From a virus (taxonomy: Duplodnaviria > Caudoviricetes), in the IMG/VR virus record IMGVR_UViG_3300027566_000014, positions 1 to 40,140 of that record: a DNA stretch of 40,140 nt. One strand, 5' to 3'. The translations under genes and the position numbers were made by a program. Shown piece by piece: positions 25,955 through 33,600 of the stretch (position 1 is the first letter of the stretch; every line of letters begins with the position of its first letter). The notes below the pieces were generated by a model. The model saw only the letters and a program-made list of their open reading frames with translations. It was not told where the DNA came from and did not search any database.

Positions 25955-26848
25955 ATGCTTCTCAATTCAGCCTCACTGGCCGCCCTCTACCGGGCATTCA
26001 ACACCGCGTTCAGCAGCGGCTTCACGGGGGTGCAACCCCAATGGCCCCAGGTTGCCACCCTGGTCCCATCGTCAACCAAAACCGAGGATTACGGCTGGCT
26101 CGGCAAGATTCCCCGGATGCGCGAGTGGATCGGCGACCGGCAGATCCAGAACCTCAAGCTGCACACCTACAGCATCAAGAACAAGAAGTTCGAGACCACC
26201 GTCGGCGTTGACCGCGACGACATCGAAGATGACCAGTTGGGCGTCTACAACCCGATCTTCCAGACCCTCGGCCAGAACGCCGCCGAACTGCCGGACGAAC
26301 TGGTATTCGCCCTCTTCGCCCTCGGTTTTACCACCGGTTGCTACGACGGCCAGTATTTCTTCGATGATGACCACCCGGTACTTCTGGCCGACGGCTCCAC
26401 CGCCAGCGTCTCCAACGTCCAGGCCGGCGCAGGCAATCCCTGGTACCTCCTAGATACCCGGCGCCCCCTCAAGCCCTTCATCTACCAGGAACGGAAAAAG
26501 CCCAAATTCGTAGCCATGGACAAGGAAACCGACGCCAACGTTTTCATGAAAAATGAATACCTCTATGGCGTCGATTGTCGCTGCAACGTCGGTTTCGGAT
26601 TCTGGCAGCAGGCGTTCGGCAGCAAGAGTGAGCTGGATGCCGCCAATTTCAATGCGGCTTACGACGCCATGGGCGCATTCAAAGGCGACCAGGAAAAGCC
26701 GCTCGGCATCAAGCCGAACCTGCTGGTTGTCGGCGCCAGCAACGCCAGCGCCGGTCGCAAGATTGTCGAGGCCCAGCTCATCAATGGCGGCGATAGCAAC
26801 ACGAATTTCAAGCGCGTCGAGCTGCTTGAGTGCCCCTGGCTGCCGTAA
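25955..26848 (+). CDS. Major head protein (Mu gpT)
   Basis: YGWLG..P.MREW.GDR, CYDGQYFFD.DHP and WYLLD motifs. Confidence 0.95.
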   Translation: MLLNSASLAALYRAFNTAFSSGFTGVQPQWPQVATLVPSSTKTEDYGWLGKIPRMREWIGDRQIQNLKLHTYSIKNKKFETTVGVDRDDIEDDQLGVYNPIFQTLGQNAAELPDELVFALFALGFTTGCYDGQYFFDDDHPVLLADGSTASVSNVQAGAGNPWYLLDTRRPLKPFIYQERKKPKFVAMDKETDANVFMKNEYLYGVDCRCNVGFGFWQQAFGSKSELDAANFNAAYDAMGAFKGDQEKPLGIKPNLLVVGASNASAGRKIVEAQLINGGDSNTNFKRVELLECPWLP

Positions 26849-26855
26849 TCATTCC

Positions 26856-26921
26856 GTAGGGGCGGGGTCACCCCGCCCTGATTAGATCACCCGATATCGG
26901 GCGGGGAAACCCCGCCCCTAC
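26856..26921. repeat. GTAG-type REP inverted pair
   Basis: Same family as 14225; abuts the AGGAGG SD. Confidence 0.85.
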
Positions 26922-26931
26922 AGGAGGTTTC

Positions 26932-27342
26932 ATGAAACGTAACATCGCATATTTTACCCTGGCCATCTGCCTACTCACGGCCGGCGTCGCCGTTGCCGCA
27001 GCCACCGGCAAGCTGGTGATCGATCCCAACAACAAGGAGATCCAGGCATCGTCTCCCTACCCCCCGGCCTCCGCCTGCACCACCGTCACCACCACCAAGG
27101 GGACCATCGCCACCGTCACCGTCGCCGGTTACAGTCAACTCTGCTGGGAGGCCAGTGACAGCAACAATGCCGCCAAACGCATCAAGCGCCACCTGGGGAG
27201 CAACACCGCATATCTCCCCGGCACCGGCGGCTGCATCGGCCTCAACTCGGACATGAGCACGGTAGTATTCAAGCCGTATTCGGCACTCGGCGCAGCCTAT
27301 ACAGTCTGTACCGAGCTGACGCGGGGGGGTAAGACGCCATGA
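26932..27342 (+). CDS. Exported Cys-containing protein in the head module
   Basis: MKRNIAYFTLAICLLTAGVAVA|A; 4 Cys in the mature part. Confidence 0.75.
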   Translation: MKRNIAYFTLAICLLTAGVAVAAATGKLVIDPNNKEIQASSPYPPASACTTVTTTKGTIATVTVAGYSQLCWEASDSNNAAKRIKRHLGSNTAYLPGTGGCIGLNSDMSTVVFKPYSALGAAYTVCTELTRGGKTP

Positions 27343-27641
27343 TCCGAATCACTGCAAAACAGGACGGCTTTCGCCGCTGCGGCATAGCCCACCCGAAAGG
27401 CGCCACCGAATACCCGGATGCAACGTTCACGAAAAATCAGATGGATCAACTCCAGGCTGAGCCGATGCTGGTAGTGGAAGTCGTACCGACCGGCAAACCG
27501 AACGTGGCCGATACCGTGGTACTGGTCCAGGCCGCTGCGACCATAGAGGCCCTTGATCAACTGGCCGCAGATGAAACCCGCAAAGGCGTTCTCGACGCCA
27601 TCGACAAGCGCAGGGCTGAACTCAGCCAGCCGCAGGGGTAA
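27339..27641 (+). CDS. HI1506-like Mu protein
   Basis: I.ITAK.DGFRRCG.AH...L.AEPML.V. Confidence 0.8.
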   Translation: MIRITAKQDGFRRCGIAHPKGATEYPDATFTKNQMDQLQAEPMLVVEVVPTGKPNVADTVVLVQAAATIEALDQLAADETRKGVLDAIDKRRAELSQPQG

Positions 27642-27644
27642 CCC

Positions 27645-28094
27645 ATGTACTGCAAGCTCGATGACATCCAGGGGGTAATGTCCGACGCCGAACTGATCCA
27701 GCTCACCGACGATAACGTCCCGCCGGCTATCATCGAGCAGACCAACGTGGACAAGGCGATCTCCCGGGCGGGCAACTTGATCGACGGCTATCTCCGCGGT
27801 CGCTACGTCCTCCCTCTCAATCCCGTTCCCGGCATTCTGCTCGATCTGGCCGTCGATGTAGCGGTTTACAATCTCTACAAACGGAAAAAGAAGATCAAAA
27901 TGCCGGAAAGCATTTCCGAAGATTACAAGAACACCCTGAAGATCCTGGACCTGATCCAGAACGGCAAGGTCGATATCGGCAGCGCTAAGATTACTGCCCC
28001 GCCGACATCTGATTCGGTAAGTAATACTGCGGGCGGTGGTAGCGTCGCAGGCGGCAATCGGCTCTTCAGCCGCGATTCGCTGAAAGGGTTCTGA
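27645..28094 (+). CDS. Head-tail adaptor (Mu gp36/DUF1320)
   Basis: MYC...D...IDGYL.GRY.LPL...D.A.Y.LY. Confidence 0.9.
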   Translation: MYCKLDDIQGVMSDAELIQLTDDNVPPAIIEQTNVDKAISRAGNLIDGYLRGRYVLPLNPVPGILLDLAVDVAVYNLYKRKKKIKMPESISEDYKNTLKILDLIQNGKVDIGSAKITAPPTSDSVSNTAGGGSVAGGNRLFSRDSLKGF

Positions 28095-28095
28095 T

Positions 28096-28521
28096 ATGGA
28101 AGAAATCGAAATTCAGGACATCGAGGACAAGCTCCTCCAGGTCATAAACAACCTGCAGCGCTTCGCGGTCGTCGCGTCCCTGGTCCGTGACGGAGCCAAT
28201 CCCGGCATCTTCCCCGCTGCCTATGTTTATTTCGCCGGGGACGGGGAGGGAGAAACCAGGTCAAGGCCGATCGACACCGTCGAGTTCCACGTCCAGGTGC
28301 GGGCGCAAAACCTGGCATCGGAAGCGCAGTTGGCCCGTGATGCCTACAGCCTGATTAATGCCGTGCGCAAAGCCATTCGCGGCAAGACCCTCGGCATCGT
28401 CGCTATCGAGCCGTTCCGCTGCATAGCCAGGGAACTCAGCGACTACGACGAGGATGAAAGCAGCATCGAGTACACATGCAAATTCACCACCCGGCAGTAT
28501 CAAGAAATCGTGAATCCGTAA
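28096..28521 (+). CDS. Tail terminator (Mu gp37-like)
   Basis: Synteny; PA.YVYF.G. Confidence 0.6.
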   Translation: MEEIEIQDIEDKLLQVINNLQRFAVVASLVRDGANPGIFPAAYVYFAGDGEGETRSRPIDTVEFHVQVRAQNLASEAQLARDAYSLINAVRKAIRGKTLGIVAIEPFRCIARELSDYDEDESSIEYTCKFTTRQYQEIVNP

Positions 28522-28524
28522 AAC

Positions 28525-28595
28525 CGGTCGGCAGTCGGCGGTCGGCGGTCGGCAGGGTTAAAAACCACCGACCGCCGACTGCCGGCCATCGACCG
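28525..28595. repeat. Heptamer inverted-repeat element
   Basis: (GTCGGCR)x4, spacer, (CCGACYG)-like x4. Confidence 0.8.
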
Positions 28596-28613
28596 AATTT
28601 AAAGGAGGTTTGA

Positions 28614-28757
28614 ATGGGTTTTAAAGTCACTGTAAACGACGCATCAGAAACGACCATCGTCGGACAGGCCGCTCCGGATCAGGAAGCGGCGGCGCCCGCA
28701 AACGTCGTTAAAAAAGGGGACAGGCCCCAGGAGGTGAAACGTGCTGACGAGGCGTAG
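28614..28757 (+). CDS. Small protein before the tail tube (47 aa)
   Basis: AAAGGAGG SD; MGFKVTVNDAS... Confidence 0.55.
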   Translation: MGFKVTVNDASETTIVGQAAPDQEAAAPANVVKKGDRPQEVKRADEA

Positions 28758-29685
28758 AGTCATAGCAGCAAGAATAGAAGCAGTAGAGGGGACCGCCGAG
28801 GTGATTACCGTCGCCGATGCCGGTATCCTCGCCATCGACCCGAAGTTCGACGCGGACTTCAAGATGAACGAGCGGAACAACCAGACCAACTCCCTCTCCC
28901 CCCTGCCGCCTGTACCGGGCGCACGGTCCGGCAAGGTCACGTTCAAGGCCGAACTGAAAGGCGCGGGCGCCGTATATGCCGCAGGCGTCAAGCCGGCCCT
29001 GGGTGTTTACCTTAGGGCGTGCGGTTTCGCCGAAACCGTCGATATCACCGCCGGGTCCGAAAAGGTCACCTATCTCCCCGCGTCCTCCGGCGTGCCGTGT
29101 CTGACCCTCTGGGTCTACGAGGACGGGATCATCAAGAAGCTGCGCGGCTGCCGGGGCAACGTGAAGTTTTCCGGCAAGATGGGCGAGATCCAGTTTGCGG
29201 AATTCGACTTTACCGGCGTCTACGACGGCACGGTCGACGGGGCGATGGTCGCCCCCACCTTCGAGGGTACGGTCCCGCCAGCGCTCCTGGGGGCGACGAT
29301 GACCGTCGATGCGTACCCGGGCGTGATCGAATCGTGGTCCATCGACATGGGCAACACCATCCAGCTCCGCCCCTCGGCCTCCGCGGTCGACGGGTATCTG
29401 TCGGCCATGATCACCGGCCGCAAGCCGACCGGCAAGATCGACCCGGAAATGACCAGCGTCGCCACCTACGACTGGATGGGCAAGTGGAAAGCGGGCAATC
29501 CCGCCGCCCTGGTCATCGGCCCGGTCGGCACGGCGGATTACAACAGGTTCACCCTCACCGGCCCGAAGGCCGTCTATACCAAGGTGGGCGAGGGGGACCG
29601 TACCGGCATCCAGACGGCCGACACGGATTTCACGCTGACGCTCAACCTCGGCGACGATGAAATCAAACTGGAGTTCGTAAAATAG
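28741..29685 (+). CDS. Major tail tube protein
   Basis: 314 aa, beta-rich, between terminator and chaperone; no sheath gene in the genome. Confidence 0.8.
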   Translation: MLTRRRVIAARIEAVEGTAEVITVADAGILAIDPKFDADFKMNERNNQTNSLSPLPPVPGARSGKVTFKAELKGAGAVYAAGVKPALGVYLRACGFAETVDITAGSEKVTYLPASSGVPCLTLWVYEDGIIKKLRGCRGNVKFSGKMGEIQFAEFDFTGVYDGTVDGAMVAPTFEGTVPPALLGATMTVDAYPGVIESWSIDMGNTIQLRPSASAVDGYLSAMITGRKPTGKIDPEMTSVATYDWMGKWKAGNPAALVIGPVGTADYNRFTLTGPKAVYTKVGEGDRTGIQTADTDFTLTLNLGDDEIKLEFVK

Positions 29686-29690
29686 GAAAC

Positions 29691-29761
29691 CGGTCGATGG
29701 TCGGCAGTCGGTGGTCGATGGTTTTTGAACCTGCCGACCTCCGTCCGCCGACCGCCGACCG
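29691..29761. repeat. Heptamer inverted-repeat element
   Basis: Same family as 28525. Confidence 0.8.
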
Positions 29762-29785
29762 CATTTAAAACAAAGGAGAAAAACC

Positions 29786-30199
29786 ATGTCAGACTCAGTA
29801 TTCGATATCACCACCCTTAATACCTCCGCCGCTGCCAACAAAGGGGTAACCATCACCATCCGCCATCCTGAGAGCAATGCCAAGTTGCCCCTCAAAGTAA
29901 CCATCCTCGGCGCCGACTCGGACAAATACCGCCGGGTTGCCGACGCGTCCCTCAATGAGGTCTTCAAGCAAATAGCCAAAACCGGCAAAACCCTCCGCAC
30001 CGCCGAAGACGTCCGAGAGGAAAGGATCAACGCCGTCTGCGATTGCATCACCGGCTGGGAGGCATTCGGCAACGGCGAGGCCTCCCTGGAATGCACGCCG
30101 GAAAACAAGAAGGCCGTATTCGAGAATCCCGGCTACGGCTGGATGCTTGACCAGGTCGACGCGGGGATCAGGGACCGGGCAAATTTTTTGCCCAAATAG
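29786..30199 (+). CDS. Tail assembly chaperone G
   Basis: HP...ILGADS...W..Q......RANFL; slippery AAATTTTTTG. Confidence 0.85.
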   Translation: MSDSVFDITTLNTSAAANKGVTITIRHPESNAKLPLKVTILGADSDKYRRVADASLNEVFKQIAKTGKTLRTAEDVREERINAVCDCITGWEAFGNGEASLECTPENKKAVFENPGYGWMLDQVDAGIRDRANFLPK

Positions 30200-30609
30200 G
30201 CCAGTCACTAGTTGACTGCGCCGAACGCCTGGCGCTGTTCGGCGACGATGCCGGCGGGGTGCATCTGGATCCCGCCGGCAAAGAAATCCGCCAATGGTTC
30301 CTGGAACTCTCCAGGACCCGCGGCCGGGAATTGGTATATGCGGGCATGGGCGGGGCGGTCACCACCCCGGCGGCAATCAGTTACAAAGAGATCGACTCCT
30401 GGACCAGGGTGACCGGCCGGAGGCCATCCCCATGGCAGGCCATGCAGTTGACGATTATGGACCAGGTCTACCTGGCAGCGGCAAACAAGGACGGCAAGCA
30501 GAGGCAGGGGCAGAGTATCGGCGAATACTGCCACGGGGCCGATGTGGAAGAATGCCGCCGGCAGTTCGGCGAACAGTTGGAGCGGGTGTGCAGTACCTGC
30601 CCGGCTTAA
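30181..30609 (+). CDS. Chaperone T segment expressed by -1 frameshift
   Basis: The -1 frame is open from the slippery site to 30609; WF.EL..R...ISY.EI..W. Confidence 0.8.
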   Translation, partial: KFFAQIGQSLVDCAERLALFGDDAGGVHLDPAGKEIRQWFLELSRTRGRELVYAGMGGAVTTPAAISYKEIDSWTRVTGRRPSPWQAMQLTIMDQVYLAAANKDGKQRQGQSIGEYCHGADVEECRRQFGEQLERVCSTCPA

Positions 30610-30612
30610 CAT

Positions 30613-30680
30613 CGGTTCGAGGTCCGAAGTTGTTCGAAGTTTAAACCTCGAACATCGAACATCGAACCTCGAACGTAGAA
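30613..30680. repeat. TCGAAC(C/A) heptamer element
   Basis: Tandem heptamers with an inverted left arm; related to 11584-11614. Confidence 0.7.
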
Positions 30681-30688
30681 CGGATTCC

Positions 30689-33600
30689 ATGGGCGAAGAT
30701 AAGGGCAAGGTAAAACTGAATATTTCCCTGGACGGGGTTCCCCAGGTAGTCGGCGGTCTGAAAGAGATCGAGGGGGCTTCCGACAGTGTTGCCGGTAAGA
30801 CTGAACAGGCTACCGGCCGGATGGCGCAGTCTAATCAGGATCTCATGTCGTCATACGGCAGTTTGAAAACCATCATGACAGCCGTCGCCGGCAGCTATGT
30901 ATTCACGCGGCTCATTTCCGAGGCTAACAGCGCCATCAATGCCATCGACAGTTTGCGCATCTCTACCATCCAGATCGCCGCGCAGATCACTACCATGCAA
31001 GGGCCGAAGAACGTCGCCGAGCACTATGCCGAAGCCACCAAATACGCCGGTGCCCTCGCCGTAAAGCTCCAGGAAGTTGACGCCAACTCTTTTGCAAACT
31101 ATCAAACCTTGCTGCAGATGGCACAGACCATGACCCTGCAAGGGGTTGTGATGGACGTTAATAATAAAAAACAGGTTGATGCCTTTACATCCCTCTCCAA
31201 CGCCGTGGCCATGTACACTGCCGGTCAAAATCAGTCTGTTCAGGCGCATCAGGAAATCAGGGCGTTGATGTCGGGGGAGGTTACCCAGGGCTCACAGCTG
31301 GCCATGCAGATTAACGATATGACCAAGGCTTCCGGGCTCTATAAAAACGGCCTCAAAGAGCTTGTCGCCGAGGGTAAGAAACACGGCGACACATTGGAGC
31401 GGTTAGCTCCGTTTCTCGTCGGGATTAATGCCGCTTCTGGAGACATTGCGACAACCTGGCAGGCGGTAACAGCATCGGCGGCTACGGCAAAGTTCATAAT
31501 CGAGAGTATCGGATTCAGGGAGCTGTATCAAGATGCGATTAAATTCGGCGGGGAAATGGTCGCCAATCTCAAGACGCAAGCTGAGTATATAGGTTCCGGG
31601 ATTGCTCGCGGCTGGCTGGCTGTTAAGGGGATACTGGAAACAATTTCCATCCTGTTCAATCAGCACGATGGTTCGTTACGGGGAATCATTGCGGCCGCAC
31701 GTTATGTGGTGGAGGTTACTAATTCATGGCTGGAGGGGTGGGCGTTTCTGATCTCAACCGTGCTCCCCACGGCAGCGGAGAAATTCAACAGCATTGTAAA
31801 TATTCTCAATGCCGTCGTGAACATGGCTTATGCGTTTGGCGGCATCCTGATCGACGGGATCATGGGCGCTCTCCAGGCTGTTTCGCACCTGAGCTCTGCA
31901 ATCATGCAGATTCTAACCGGTGATTTTGTCGGGGCAAAAAACAGCATAGCAAAGATATTCGGTTCTGATTTTAAAGCAGTGATGGATGGTGACCTGGCTG
32001 TTGTCAAAGGGACCGTTGCAGCCATAAAGGAAGAATGGGGGAAGCTGAAAGACACGAGCTCTTTCAATAACCGTTTTGATAAGTTCATCGGGAGAACCCA
32101 GCAGGCAGGCGGGCCAGTTACTGCCCCCGTGCTCCCACCCGTACCCGGTAAGCCCGAAGCGATCGATAACACCGCCGTCGAAGAGCAGAACAAATACGCC
32201 GACTTCTACAATAAACTCCAGGAACAGCTGATCGCCACCACCCCCCTTCAGGAGAAGTTTGACAAGTCCATCGAGAAGGCCCGCTTCGAATTCGCCAAGA
32301 TGAATGACGAAGTGGCTCCCCAGTACCGGGAGACGCTCAAGGGGCTGCAAGAGCAGGTTCTCAGGAACATGGAGGTGAACCAGGAACTCGCACGCAGTTC
32401 TCAGGCCCAACAGGACAGCCTCAAGAAGGAGCGGGAGGAAGCGGAAAAACTGGACCAGGCATACGCCAGGATGCGGGAACACTACAAGCAGGCGGACGAC
32501 CTGGCTGCAATTAAATCCAACACCGAGGATCTGAACATCGAACTGATCCAGGACCCGGGAGCGCAGCAGGCGGCACAGATCACCAAGCAGTATGACGACA
32601 AGCTACAGGCAGCCCAGAGATACGCCCGCGATCTGAAGCTGATCGAGAAAAAAACAGGCGAGGACATCACCGACCGCCTCAAGGCAAATTCGAACTTGCA
32701 AATAGCTATCGTAATGGCAAAAAACGATAAGCTATTGGCCGCTGCCGCGGAACAAGCACAAAAAATCCGAGACATCCAGAACCAGACCGAAGACATCAAC
32801 ATCAGCATGATCCGGGACCCCTTTGAACAAAAAGCCGCGCAGATAGAGGCCAACTACCAGAGGGAGAAGCAGGCCATTGAAGACAAGATTAAGTTTTTGA
32901 CGGCAGCAAACAGCATAGAAGTCGATCAGATTGTATCCCGTCAGAAACTTGTTGAAGAAGGTATAAAGCGGGAATTCCAACTTCGCGGAGGCCCAGAATA
33001 TGCGGCATTCCTGGAACGTGAAAAGGGGCTGGACAATGATAAATGGAAGTCTCTTACAGCAAATGCCAAAAAAGGCACTGCAGAGATAGCGGCATTGCAG
33101 TCATTGCTGACAGCATTGGCAATGAAAAAAGACTGGGATTTAGCTAACAACAGCAAAGAGGCTTGGAATAGCAGATTAATGACCATCGCCTCTGTAATAG
33201 ATAACATCGGCCAGGTCTTGATGCAGGGGAATAAGGACCAGTTTGAGGCCGGCAAGGCGATGGCGATCACCTCCACCATCATCTCCACCTATCTGGGTGC
33301 CCAGCAGGCGTTTACCGCACTGGCGGGCATCCCCATCGTCGGCCCGGCGCTGGGAGTTGCGGCCGCTGCCGCTGCCGTTGTCTCGGGGCTGGCGCGCGTG
33401 TCCCAGATCGAGTCCCAGGAGTATCAGGCATCCTACGCCGTGGGATCGAAGGAGCTTCCTGCCGACCAGATCGCCCAGGTCCACAAGGGCGAGATGATCA
33501 TCGATGCATCATCCGCCAACGTGCTGCGCAAATACGGCATCAACATATCCGGCGCCGCAGACAACTACGAGACGGTCGCTGCTTTAGGCCCGCTGTTTGG

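Noticed and set aside
28708-30108. Long minus-strand ORFs (also 3596-4627, 21314-22096, 33878-34705)
   Set aside because: Antisense shadows of GC-rich coding genes with no motifs.
30542-30688. Extended TMP N-terminus
   Set aside because: It overlaps chaperone T and translates a heptamer repeat.
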